NCBI RefSeq assembly: GCF_004010195.1
Contig: NC_057751.1
Span: forward strand, 46,979 to 110,978
Direction of reading: 5' to 3'
DNA length: 64,000 nt
Origin: Chiloscyllium plagiosum
Taxonomy: Eukaryota
Position numbers and translations under genes: made by a program. Under the pieces are notes generated by a model. The model did no database searches, was not told the origin of the DNA, and worked only from the letters and a program-made list of their open reading frames with translations. Shown here piece after piece: positions 12,170 to 24,817 of this stretch (the first letter of the stretch is position 1; each line of letters begins with the position of its first letter).

Positions 12170-12277
12170 ATAATTGTCTCGCGCTGACCACCCAGGGTAG
12201 AGCTGGGAATGGAGTTGCCGTTCCTTCCTTGCAAGTTCATAATATTTTGACTGCTCCTCTCTTGTCAAAGCATGCCA
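12170..12277 (-). CDS. tcf7l1: Exon 10, C-terminal half of the HMG box ([36 protein letters not shown])
   Basis: CTGACAG acceptor, GTGAGT donor; 108 nt. Confidence 0.97.
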
Positions 12278-12789
12278 CTGTCAGGAGACACAATGAGAGT
12301 TTACCTGCAGGAAAGCAGAGGAGGAGATCCTGGGACCGAACAATTCATTCCTCCTCACCAACAAATGAAAACCTACTCCCACCATTCCTATCTCAACCAA
12401 GCCAGAAACTAAGAAAGGCAGTGAACAGATGGGACTTCAAGAAGCAGCTTTGTTCAGCATCCTGACCCAAGTGAAACCCAATACAATCAAACCAACTTGT
12501 ATTCAAATATCACCTTGAATATAGTCAAATGTCACAAAACATTTCACAAGAACAATTATCAAATAACAAAAGCAAGTGATATGCAGAACATCTGGCTGAC
12601 AGAGTAACTAGGGCAGTGGGGGTGGATTTAATCTTGTAAGGCAGGAGATGGATTGACTCAAGGACCTAATTTTGCAAGTATCAGAGAAAGCCAACGAGAG
12701 ATTTTGTGGAACAGGGAAAAATAAATGAGGGAAGACTTGAATGTTGAAAGTGAACAAGGAAATGGTCACCTTCCAATCGGCAAGAAAGA

Positions 12790-14875
12790 GATAAGTGCAA
12801 GATTAAATTCTGTGTATGTAAATGCATGGAGTCTCATGAATAAAACTGAGAACCTGGAAGTAAAGATTACTTGAGGGGAATAAAACATAGTACCATTGAC
12901 AGAAACTTGGCTCAAACCAGAATAGGTCTGGATACTTAACATCCTGGATCATATGGCTTTTAAGTAAAACTCTGGTTGTTTAAAAAGGGAGGAGGTTTCG
13001 CAATCTTGGTTAAAGACAGTATCTATGTTCCTGAACGTGATGCAGTTCCTGCATTAGCATCTATTTGGTTGGAGGTGAGAAACAGGACGGAAGCAGTGAT
13101 TTTTCTGAGCGTGTCACAGACTTTCAAATAAAGGAGGGGAAACAGTAGGAGACAGCATTTGTGGGTAGATTATGGAAATGTGCATGACATGTAGTGTTGC
13201 GATAGTTGGTAATTTCAATTAACCGATGACAGACTGTGAAAATAAAAATGTGTGGCACAGAGGGGGAGAAATTCCTGAAACGCGTGCAGGAGAACTTTCT
13301 GGAACAGTACATTTCCAGTCCTACTAGCGTAATGAAGTTGTAGACGTGCACTGTACCTTTAAGGGAGCTGAAATTTCTGGCTGGCACAGATTGTGCTGAA
13401 AGATTTAAAAGTGTAACATTTGGTTGACACAAACAGATGGAGCTGCATTACCATGGTACAAAACAAATTCAAATTTGGCCAATCAATTTAAATTATGCCC
13501 CAGATTCCAAAATCCAATCAAATTTGAATTTTACTGTTTTGGATGACATCAAACCAAAGAAATGATCCGATATTTTGGGGTATAAAATCAGACGTTTTGA
13601 ACAGTCAGAGGGAGAACAGCAAAAAGCTGCGAAGCACCAACATAACAGCTAGGAGAACAGCTCTCTGAAAGGTAACTGTCCACAAGAAATTTGTGCAGCA
13701 GAACACCAAAGCCAACCTAGAGAAACCTACAGAGAAAGTTTGACATCCGAAGGCAGCAACTGGTTTTTGGAACTGATTTGCCGTAAATTTAAGAGGAAAT
13801 TTATTGGATCAGTATTGTCGAGTGGGATGTACAATTAGGTTTCAGAGAAAGGAGTTGTAAATAGTTCTTCCTTAATGTTCTGTTTTGGACTTAAAGAATA
13901 AAATTTTTTTTTCTTTAAATAGTGAAATCTGGGACAGTTCTTTGCCTCTCGAAATTTAACAGATGATGGCGCGAAGTGAGCTTTTCTGTGTGCATGGTTT
14001 AAAATTAGTAGGAGGGTTTACCCTGTATTGTAACACTAGGGAGAAAGATGTTCTGGATCTGGTCCAAGGAAATGAGGCATGTTAATTGGAGAACATCAGA
14101 ATGGGAGAGCTTTTAAGAAATAGTCATAAGGATATAATAAGATTAAATATTAGGTTAGGAAAGAATGAAAATCAGTCAACGATTAAGATCCAGACTGGAC
14201 AAAGACAGATTTTAGGGGTCCAAACATTGAACTAGAGAAGGTTGATTGGAAACAAATTTTGGTGGATGAAACAATGATGAAAACCAGGAGAATTTCAAAA
14301 GAAAGATGAATAGGGTCCAAGCTAGGTACATCCCTAAGAGAAATAAATAGTGCATTCAAAGCAAGGGTACCCTGGATGAATAGGGTCCAAGCTAGGTACA
14401 TCCCTAAGAGAAATAAATAGTGTATTCAAAGCAAGGGTACCCTGGACAACAAAGGATACTGATGAGAAAAGGAGCAAGAGCAAGGAGGCATATAATACAT
14501 TCCAGAATAATAATCACAACAGAAATCAGGAAGAGTATCTGAAATGCAGGACAGAGGCTAAGGCTGAAAGAAGGAATGCTTAAGAGGAAGCATGTGAAAA
14601 GGATGGCAGGCTGTGCTAAAACAAGTCATAAAATATTTTCAAACATATTAATAGTAAAAGGTTAATGAAGGATAGACGTGGGCCCAGAAGGAACAAACGG
14701 GGTAAGTTGATCAATGAAACAAAAGGTACAGCAGATGTCGCAAATGAGTACTTTGCTTCTGTTTTTATCAGAAAAGGGTGACAATGGCCTGGTTGAAAAT
14801 GTGGGTGCTGAGCAACTAAGCAGTACAGTGATAAATAAACAAGAGTTGCTAAAGAGGCTACCAGGACTCCAGGTA
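12790..14875 (+). mobile_element. Decayed CR1 ORF2 (APE region) containing an LTR insertion and a 70-bp tandem duplication
   Basis: LTETWL, GGG..ILVK and DVLDLV-like motifs. Confidence 0.75.
13328..14035 (+). mobile_element. Solo LTR inserted into a CR1 endonuclease region
   Basis: CGTAATGAAG (decayed TG end)...TGTAACA; 4-bp duplication CTAG; TATAAAA and AATAAA inside; CR1 sequence resumes after it. Confidence 0.7.
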
Positions 14876-15190
14876 GAGATTAGATTCCCTACAGTGTGGA
14901 AACAGGCCCTTTGGCCCAACCAGTCCACACCGACCCTCTGAAGAGTAACACCCCCAGACCCATTTCCCTCTGACTAACGCACCTAACACTACGGGCAGTT
15001 TAGCATGGCCAATCCACCCCGACCTGCACATCTTTGGACTGTGGGAGGAAACCGGAGCACCCGGAGGAAACCCACACAGACTCAGGGAGTGTGTGCAAAC
15101 TCCACACAGACAGTCACCCGAGGCTGGAATCGAACCTGGGATTCCTGGTGCTGTGAGGCTGCAGTGCTAACCACTGAGCCACCGTGTCGC
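14876..15190 (-). mobile_element. tRNA-derived HE1/V-SINE-like SINE
   Basis: A box TGGCTCAGTGG, B box GGTTCGATTCC, V-domain GTGGAGTTTGCAC...GGTTTCCTCCC, CR1-like tail. Confidence 0.85.
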
Positions 15191-15249
15191 CAGGCACCGA
15201 TGGATTGCATTATAGATTACTGAAAGACAGGTAAGGGAGCAAATAGTGG

Positions 15250-18200
15250 ATCCATACAGTCATATAACATGGAAACAGACCCTTTGGTTGAACTTATCTG
15301 CACCAAATAGACATCCCAATCTGATCAAGTTGTATTTGCCAGCATTTGGCTCATATCCCTCTGAACCCTACCTGTTCATATACCCATCCAGATACCCTTT
15401 TAAATGTTATAATTGCACCTGCCTCCACCACTTCCTCTGGCAATTCATTCCATACACACACCATCACTGTGTGAACAAGTTACACCTCAGGTTCTTTTTA
15501 AATCTTTCCCCTCTCACCCTAAACCTGTGTCACCCCAGATTTGGGACTTGCCCACCCCAGGAAAAAGACCTTGACATTCCCCCCTCAGCCACTGACATTC
15601 CAGGGAAAACAGCATTCAGCCTCTCTCTGTAACTCAAACCTTCCAGTCCCAGCAACATCCTTATATAATTCCTTTCTGCACACTCTCAGGTTAACATCCT
15701 TCGTATAGGAGGATGGGACCAACACTGTGCACAGCATTCTAAAAGTGGCCTAACCAATGTCCTATACAGCCATGACATGATGTCCCAACTCCTGTACTCA
15801 AAAGAACATCTCACCAAGGTCCCATTGTACTCGGAGATAATTTTCTTTACTGTATACCACGCTACCTATATTGGTGTCAATTGCAAAACATGCCTCTTCT
15901 ATTCACATTCAAAGCATTAAGTAAATGATGTATATCAATGGACCCAGCACCGATCCTCGTGGCACACCAGTGATCACAGGCCTCCTGTCCAAAATGCAAG
16001 CCTCTCCCATCATTCTCTGTCTCCAACCTTCAAACTAATTTTGTGTCCAATTGATCAGCTCCCTCAGGATCCCATGTCATGTAACCTTATTAACCAGTCT
16101 ACCATGCGGAACCTTGTCAAATGCTTTGCTGAAGTCCAGATAGGCAAAGTCTACTGTTCTGCTTTTATTAATCTTCTTTGTCACCTCTTGAAAATAACTC
16201 AATCAGGTTAGTGGGACACTATTTCCCAGGCACAAAACAATGTTGACTATCCCTGATCAGTCCTCGCCTTTCCAAATGCATGTAAACTCCATCCTCTGAC
16301 TCCCTTCCAACAACTGAGCAACCACGGACCCTAAGGCTCAGTCTATAGTTCCCTGGCTATTCCTCACAGCTTCTAGAATAACGACACATGGTGGGCAAGT
16401 GCCAAGGAGCAAGGGCAGGGTGCCTAGCTGCCTAGCGAAGCAGGGGCAGCCAGCAGTCCCGGGCAGCATGGGTACAGCAACCAATGGGCCCAAAGCCAAG
16501 ATGGCTACTGATTGGGCACTGGTGAGCCTGGTTAAACCACATGGAAGCCGTTATAGAAAGAATGTAAATTCTACCTTTTTAGCTTTATCTCTTACTTTCC
16601 TTACTTATACTATGCATATCTTTTTTATTTTCTCCGTTTTTTTGTACTTAAGATTTGTACTGAAGATGTCACTGTGTCTTGGTGACATTGTACACTTTTC
16701 ACTGTATTCCTGTTCTTTTGACAACGAACCTAATTCTTTTTGCCCTTCTAACTGTCCCTCTTAAGTATACTTCTACTGTTCTTATACACCTCTCTGGATT
16801 CGCTCGATCAGCTGTCTACACTTGACAAATGGGAGGAAGTGAGGACTGTGGATGTTGGAGAACAGAGACGGAGAATGCGGTGCTGGAAAAGCACAGCAGG
16901 TCAGGCAGCAACCGAGGAGCAGGAGAATCGATGTTTTGAGCATAAGCCCTTCATCAGTAAAGAGGCTGATGAGCCAAGGGGGCTGAGAGATAAATGGAAG
17001 GGGGTAGGGCTGGGGGAAGGTAGCTGAGAAGGTGATAGGGAGATGGAGGTGGGGTTAAAGGTGATAGGTCAGAGAGGAGGATGGAGTGGATAGGTAGTAA
17101 GGAAGATGACGACAGGTAGGACAGGTCAAGAAGGCGGTGTCAAATTGGAAGGATGGATCCGGGATAAGGTGGGGAGAGGGGAATGATAAAACTGGTGAAA
17201 TCTTAGGAGAAAGTGAGGACTCTACATTGGGGAGACAGAACACCTACTTGCAGAATGCTTCAGAGAACATCTCCAGGACACACGCATGAAACAACCCCAC
17301 TGTCCCATGGCCAAACACTAACTCCCCCTCCCACTCCCCCAAGGACATGCAGGTCCTCGGCCTCCTGCATCGCCAAAGCCTCACCACCTGACGCCTGGAG
17401 GAAGAACACCACATCTTCCACCTTGGGGCCCTCCAACCACTTGTGATCAATGTGGATTTTACCAGTTTCTTTATTTCCCCTCCCCCCACCTTATACCAGA
17501 TCACACCTTCCAACTCAGCACTGGCCTCTTGACCTGTCCATCTTCCTTCCCACCTATCTGCTCCACCTTGCCCACCGATCTATCACTATCACCCCCACCG
17601 CCATCTACCTATCGCCTTCTCAGCTACCTCCCTCCACTACACTCCCCAGTCCCAACCCACTCCCATTTATCTCTCAGCCCCCTTGACTCACAAGCCTCCT
17701 TCCTGATGAACAGCTTATGCTCGAAACGCTGATTCGCCTGCTCCTTGGATGCTGCCTGACTTTGTGTTTTTTCAGCACCACACACTCCACTCTACACTTG
17801 ACATATGCCTCCTTCTTTTTCTTGAGCTGAGCCTAAATTTCTCTTGTCATCTAGCATTCCCTACATGTACCAGCCTTACCCTTCACACTGACCAAAACAT
17901 TCTGTCTCTGAATGCTCGTTATCTAATTTTTAAAAGGCCTCCCACTTCCCAATCATCCCTCTACCCGAAAATAACCTCTTCCAATGTATTGACACCTTCT
18001 CTGTTTGGGCAGAAGATATACAAGTGTGAATCCACATATGGACAGATTCAAGAACAGCTATTTCGCCTCTGCAATCTGACTTTTGAACAGACCTCTCGAA
18101 TGTTAATGTTGATTTCTCGCTCTGCATCTTGTCTGTGGCTGTAATACTGTATTCTGCACTCTGTTCTGCTACCTTGACGCACTTGGTATGCTACAATCTG

Positions 18201-19320
18201 CTTGGATAGCATACAAATCAACACTTTTCACGATATCTTGGTAAATGTGACAACAATAAACCAAATCAAATTAAACACCACTCCCCTTCCGCTCTTACCT
18301 CCTTTTCTATCCTTCCTATTGCATCGAAACCCCAAAACGTTTTGCTGCCAGTCCTGTACGGCTCTGTGCCTCATTTCCATAATAGCTATTATATCCCAGT
18401 CCCATGTTCCCAGCCATGCCGAAAGTTCATCTACCTTAGCTGCCAGGCCTCTTGTATTGAAGTAAATGTAGTTTAATTTATCAGTCTTAACTCATTCTCT
18501 GCCAAGCCCTTGTCTACCTTGACTATTTGAGTTGCTCCCTTTATCTGTTGTACCAGCCTCAGCCTTTTCTCACCATCGCTTTGGTTCCCACACCCCCAAT
18601 TTAAGAGTTTAAAGCCTCCCGAGTAACAATAACAAATCTCCCCGCAAAAATATTGGGTCCCGTTCCAATACAGGTGTAACCTGTCACTCTTTTACAAGTA
18701 ATTTCTACCCATGTAGAGATCCCAAAGGTCCAAACATGTGAATTCTTGCCCCAAGCATCAGCTCCTTAGCCACTCATTTATCCAGTCTACTGGCACTAGC
18801 AAGTTGCACTCATGGTAATCCAGATATTACGACACGCAAGGATTGACTTTTTAAATGTTCTGCCTCCTTTCCTATATTCTCTGTGCAGAATCTCATTCCT
18901 TTCCCTCCCTATGTCAGTAGTACCAACATGCTCAATATCTCCCTGCTGGTAACTCTCCCGTTTCAGATTATTCTGCACTCTCTCCAAGACATCCTTGACT
19001 CTGGTACCAGGGAGGCAACACGCCATCTTGATGTCTTGCTGACAGCCGCAGAAATGTCGGTCTGTGCCTCAGACTGAAGATTTCCCTGTTACAATCGATC
19101 ATTTGGAACCTGACGTACAGTCAAGCCAGTCATGGTACCAAAAACATGACGGTCAGTGTTATGCTCCTCTGAGAAACCATTCCCTCCTACAATATCCAAA
19201 ATTGCATACCTGCGTGAGATGGGGATAGCCATAGGAGACTCCTGCACTACCTGGTTACCCCTCTATCATTCCTAGCTGTCAACCATGTATCTGACTGTAT
19301 CTTCAGTGTCTCCAGCTTCA
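15250..19320 (-). mobile_element. Fragmented CR1 LINE pieces, including an esterase ORF1 remnant, interrupted by other insertions
   Basis: CCLPGTRVKDV...HVGTTDIG at 18796-19026; RT and 3' fragments at 15250-16380. Confidence 0.7.
16832..17790 (+). mobile_element. Truncated Penelope-like retroelement: GIY-YIG endonuclease remnant with inverted terminal repeats
   Basis: ~17220-17470 decodes, with frameshift and stops, as LYIGET...CFREH...NSPSH...EEHHIFHLGALQP..IN; hammerhead-like cores at 17703-17730 (+) and ~16930-16958 (-); 17-bp near-perfect direct repeat at 16815-16831 and 17791-17807. Confidence 0.85.
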
Positions 19321-20157
19321 CTGTTATTTCTTCCTTGATAATAGACTCAAGCATCTTCCCCACTATCGAGGTTAAACTAACCAGTCTATAATTCACCAAC
19401 TTTTGTCTACTTCCCTTTTTAAACAGTAGCGTCACATTTGCTGTTTCCAATCCCAGAGTTCAGCAAACTTTGGAAAATGACCGCCAGGGCTCTTGTTATT
19501 TCTCTATCTCTTTTAGTACCCAAGATGCATTCCATCAGGGCTAGGAGACTTAGCTCCATTTGCTTGCCCAACACTACCTCTTCAATGAGGATGATTGATT
19601 CCAGGTCCTCACCTATCTTTGTAATTAAAAATAGATTAAAATTTAGAAGTTTATGAACCTTACAATCAAATGCCTAGCTGATCAGACTCAAAGAAACCAA
19701 AAGTTGTCCTCTTATCCTGTCATTTCAGGCAGTGATTTTCTTTTTAAATCACTGATACCTCCACAGCCGCACGTGAAGCTGGAGATCAGACCTCTTAGTC
19801 AATTATGAAACTGCATTGCTTGTTTGTTATTTCAGTGAAATCTCATCTCCAGATAGCTTGTTCAATTTCTCAATCTGACATCTGTGAAACTACTCTAGTT
19901 GGCTGCTTGGTAAAAAGGCGATCACTGAGGCATATGTAATTGTTCAGTCTCCGACCTTGCCACACAGTCGCTCTCCCACTCTTTAAAGTAGCTTTGTTTT
20001 TGATTTTTATAAAAAAAAGTTTCATAAACAATGCAAAGCTTGTAAACACAGCAACTATTACCCCAAGGAAGTGAGTAAATCCAGCTGAGCCCTAAAAAAA
20101 ACTACAAAACTAAGAGCATCTCTCACAGCCACGGTCCTCTCCATCCACAATTCTGGC

Positions 20158-20378
20158 TACAGGTCATTTTAGCATAACACATGTTTCGTTATTGCGAATT
20201 CGCTATAACCCAATTGCTGAATTGGGGACACTGTTCCTAAAGCATTAACTTTTAAACATGTTGGCCATATCACAATTACATTGCCCAAACTTTTAAGCGC
20301 TGTTTCTAAAATGCAATTTTTCTACAATGCAAGGTTACACAAGAACACAACCATCGCGGTATAGAAGAACTACTGTAT
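20158..20378. mobile_element. Possible Tc1/mariner (Tigger-like) MITE remnant
   Basis: TACAG...CTGTA ends and decayed internal subrepeats. Confidence 0.4.
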
Positions 20379-20384
20379 CATCAA

Positions 20385-21795
20385 CTTTCAAGGCCTCTCT
20401 GAACACAGGATGGGCCCTGAGGGACTGGAGGATTGCAAAGGTAAAACTGTTGCCTTAGAAACAGACAAAGGCTAACCCAGGAAACTAATGCTGTCAATAA
20501 TGGAAAAACTGACAGGCGCCATAATACTGACAAAGTAATATTCAGTTAAAGAGAAACTAGTTAGTACTCGAAGTCAACATGGCTTTGTCAAGGGTCGGTC
20601 ACGTTTGACAAATTTGTTTGTGTACTTTGACAAGGTGTGACAGGAAATGGATGAGAGTAGTGCCATAAATGTTGTATATTTGACTTTCAGAAAGCATTTG
20701 AAATAGTAGCATATGGCAGATTGGTTAGCAAATTAGGAATGTTTGCAATGAATGGGTCCTTGGCAACATGGTTTAGAAGTTGGCTAAAAGATACCATCGG
20801 TATAGATGGATATTTTCCAGTTTGGAGACAGGTTGAAAGTGGTGTTCCCCAGGGATTGGCTTTGGGACCCTTGCTTTTAATGATTTATAGAAATGATCTG
20901 GAGATGGGTGCTGAAGGCAAAATCTCTAAATTTACAAATGATACCAATTTAAGGAGAATAGTGAATTGTGAGGATGACACTGAGCGGCTTCTGAGGAACA
21001 TTGACAAGTTGGCCAAATGGTCTGACACCTGGCAGATGAATTTCAATGCAGAGAAATGTGAAGTCATGCATTTTGGTAAAAGAAACATGAAGAGACAACA
21101 CAGGCTAATGGTACATCTCTGAGGGGAGTACAGGAACACAGGGAATCCACATGCATAATTCTGTAAAGGTGGCCAGGCAAGTTGAAACAGTTATCAAGAA
21201 GGTTTATTCAATCCTTGGGTTAATAAATAGAGGCATAGTGTATAAAAGCAAGGAAGTGATGCTGCACCTCTTTAAAAAGAAACCATTGGTCAGCCCACAT
21301 TTAGAGTATTGTGTTCAATTCTGGGCACCTTAGCAAAGGAAAGATGTTAAAGCCCTGGAGAGAGTGCAAAGGAGATTGAATAGAATGATACCATGAATAA
21401 ATGAGGGATTTTAGATACATTGAAAGATTAGAGACATTGGGCTTAATCTTTTCTGCTCCAAGGAGAATAAGAGGAGACCTTACTGAGATATTCAAAATTG
21501 TGAACAATTTTGATAGGGTAAATAATGACTATGACCAGCTAGCATATCAGTAATTTTGTGTCACAATTTCAAGATCATCAGCAAGAGACTGGGAGTTAGA
21601 GGAGGACAAACTCACTTTATTCAAGTTGTGACAAGTTGGAATGCACCATCAGGGAGACTATTGGAGTTAATTTCAAAAGAGATGAATTCAGAGGGCTGGA
21701 GAATGGGGACTACCTGGGTAGCTTTTTCAGGAGTGGATTCAGACACTCTGGGCTGAATGGTCTCCTTCTGTACTCTAAAATTCCATGATTCTATC
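20385..21795 (+). mobile_element. Decayed CR1 LINE RT and 3' end
   Basis: SGVPQGLALGPLL, KCEVMHFG, PHLEYCVQFW. Confidence 0.85.
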
Positions 21796-21865
21796 TTCAA
21801 ATGACATGGAAGTGACCATGCAGTGAGACTGACAACATCCAATCCACAGTCAGCCCCTCACTTGC

Positions 21866-22025
21866 CTTGCGTCCAAGGATCTGGTTAATGGCAGCACTTT
21901 CCTTTAGTGTGCACTCGGCCACGACTTTGGCCCGCATCTCCTTCATGTACAACATGAAGGCGTTCAGGGGCTTCTTGATGTGAGGCTTCCTCTTCTCATC
22001 TTCCTTCTTCACCATCAGGGGCTTC
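21866..22025 (-). CDS. tcf7l1: Exon 9, N-terminal half of the HMG box ([41 protein letters not shown])
   Basis: Near-invariant TCF HMG sequence; TTTCAG acceptor; the frame requires the AAG|GCAAGT GC donor; 160 nt. Confidence 0.97.
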
Positions 22026-22375
22026 CTGAAATGAGTCACGTTTGGGAAGAACAAGCCAAGAATAGAGATTCAGATTTATCACAAAAGCCCCCTCCCAAGC
22101 TCCACCTGTGCTTCCCAACTCCTGTAAGAGCAAGACTAAGCCCAAAGAACACAAATCCAATGGAGCAAGCTCCTTTCCAGGTGCAAGCAATACACAGTCC
22201 AATATCTCAGGCAGCCTTCAGGCAGTGAAGATCGAAACCTCGCTCATATCTGGCCTTGATATCACACCTCCTCCCATTGTCAAGCCCCCAAATTAAGACC
22301 AACAGCTAAACCAGATGCACATTTTTCATTTTACTGCTTAACCTTGGAAGGAACAACCATTAGAAAGGAACTTAC

Positions 22376-22498
22376 GGGGTTTCGCTGGGACTGGGCTGAC
22401 TGTGAAGCTGCTCCTGTTTGATCCCTGTTGTTATAGCTGGATGAGGAATTCCGGTTGCGTGAGAGGAATGTGGTGGTGGAGCCATGTGTGGGGAAAAC
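22376..22498 (-). CDS. tcf7l1: Exon 8 ([41 protein letters not shown])
   Basis: TGIPHPAI and IKQE (SUMO-type consensus) motifs; CTTTGGAAG acceptor, GTAAGT donor; 123 nt. Confidence 0.92.
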
Positions 22499-24174
22499 CT
22501 TCCAAAGAAGAAGCAACAGTCAAGAAGATCCATGGACAAAGGACCGTGGCAGGTGACCAGAACAGCACCCTCCATTGGTCAGTACATGCAGCTCATTCAA
22601 CTAGACTTTCAATTACTGCTTGGTCAGTAGCAAGGCATGAATGCAACAGACAATTAACAGAACCAGGAGAGTATGAAAATCATTTTTTTCTTGCTTTTCT
22701 CAGCTGTGTCACCATGTCTGATCCTCCCCTCCAAACCCACACCACCCAGTCACCGTGAGAGCAAAATCACATCTGTCAAATTTATTACAGTGCTGAACGT
22801 AAGCAGGCTGGATAAAGAAAACCAGATGTAGTGCACTCCAGTTGTCTTAAGATGTTTAAGAAGGTGTTACATGAAAGGTGATTTCCCAGAGTTGAAAGAT
22901 TATGCTGTTGGGGGTAGTATGCCTGCATGGAAACAGAGTTGGGATAAATCATTGATTTTCGGTGACTAAAACTGTAACTACAGAGTGCCACAGTGGGCAG
23001 TGATGGACTCTTGACAATTCACAGCCAAAATGAATCAGATGGATGAAGAGGCAAACTGTTGGCAGATCTGTCAACAATATCAAAATAGGTAGTGAAGCAA
23101 TTTGAGTGAAGACACAAGGAGTCTAGACAGGGATACAGATATGTTAAATGAGTGGGAAAGGTGCGGAAAGGGACCAAGGAAGACAGGAAGATCAGAAGTA
23201 TTTGGAATTGTACTCTGCTTTGGTGAAGCACCCACAGTTTGAAGAATTGGTTTCCAGAATTGACTAAAGCCTAATGTCCAAGACAAAACTCCTGAAGAAT
23301 GGAGATCATTTCGAACTAGGTTACCTCAGTGTAAGGGTTTTAGTTTGAAAGGTCCAGACCAGAAGTATTTGGTTATAACCCTGAAGGATTTATTTGAAGT
23401 TAAGAAAGACAAAGCTCAGTTGTATCGAGTCATCGTAAGGAAGAGACTATCAAATTCATCCGAAATTGAAACCACCATTAAAATAAACCCTACAGGAGTG
23501 AGAGAGAAGGGAATTCACTCTGGTACGAGTACTGTTGGGATTAGTGGAATTGTATTTCAATGAGTGTCATGTGTTCCAACACCTTTAAAGCTTGTGTTCT
23601 CAGTGAACAATTGGCTTAATCAACTTCATCTTTGTTCCTTTTGAAAAGGAAACTTCTGTTTTCTTGTTAAAACAGAATCTGCAGCATTGTATGCTAATAT
23701 TTCACTGAAAGACATAAATTTGGAACAGGAGTAGGCCACTCATCCTCTTGAGCCTGCTCCAACCTTCAACAAGATTATGGCTGATCTGATTTTAAACTTA
23801 ACTCTACATTCCTGCATATCCCGGCAACTTCTCATCCTCTTGGTCTACCTCTGCCTTAAAAATATTGAAAGATTCTGCGTACTTTTGGAAAGGAATCCAA
23901 AAACACTGAGGCCGCAAATATAAAATGTATCCACATCTCTCTTTTAGATGAGTGATCGCTTATTTTTAAACGATCACCCCTAGTTTGAGAGGCCACCTCA
24001 TTAAAACAAAAACAAAACATAATCCATTACATTTTAGTCTGGGATTACTTGTCCAGTAATAACCTCAGCTGGTTGGAGGTGGTAAAGAGCTACACTGTCA
24101 GGTGGACACTGTTCTGTTCTGATGGGACACTCAAAGCAGCAGGGAACATAGAGGATACAGAACCTTCCACAGAC

Positions 24175-24261
24175 CTGGACATTGAAGCATTGACGGTCAG
24201 TGCAGTATGGTAGGAGGGCCGGAAGCTTCCTGCTGCAATCGGATAGAGCGGTGGACTTTGC
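24175..24261 (-). CDS. tcf7l1: Exon 7 (QSPPLYPIAAGSFRPSYHTALTVNASMS)
   Basis: TALTVNASMS motif; TCGCAG acceptor, AG|GTCTGT donor; 87 nt, phase 2-2. Confidence 0.93.
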
Positions 24262-24817
24262 CTGCGACACAAGAAGCTCAGTGAACAACCTGGAATCACA
24301 TCCGCCAACCCAACATAAAAAAAACAGGTGACATGTCACAAAAGGAAAACCACCAATCCCCAGCCATTCAATAGTCACTTCCCACTTCTTTCCACCAACT
24401 GCCAGGGATCAGTTCCTGCCATCCACTCAACTGCTCAGCCACAGTCACATCACCCACTACCCAATGTTCAAATATGTTCCGGTGCAGCCAACACCACCTC
24501 TACATTCCAGGCAACGGAGAGCTTCATTTGCAGAACAAGCACATCGGATCCAAAGGCCACTCCCACTGCTCAATTAAAATCATCACTGAATTGGGGCAAA
24601 CTTTGTGATGTTCCACATTCTAGAATCATACAATCCCTACAGTGTGGAAATAGGCCACCTGGACCAACAAGTCCACATCGACCCTCCAAAGTGTATCCCA
24701 CGCAGACCCATTCCTCTCCCCTGTAACTCTACGCTTACCCCCGACTAATGCACTTAACCTATAACATCCCTGAATACTATGGGCAATTCAGCATGGCCAG
24801 TTCATCTAACCTGCACA

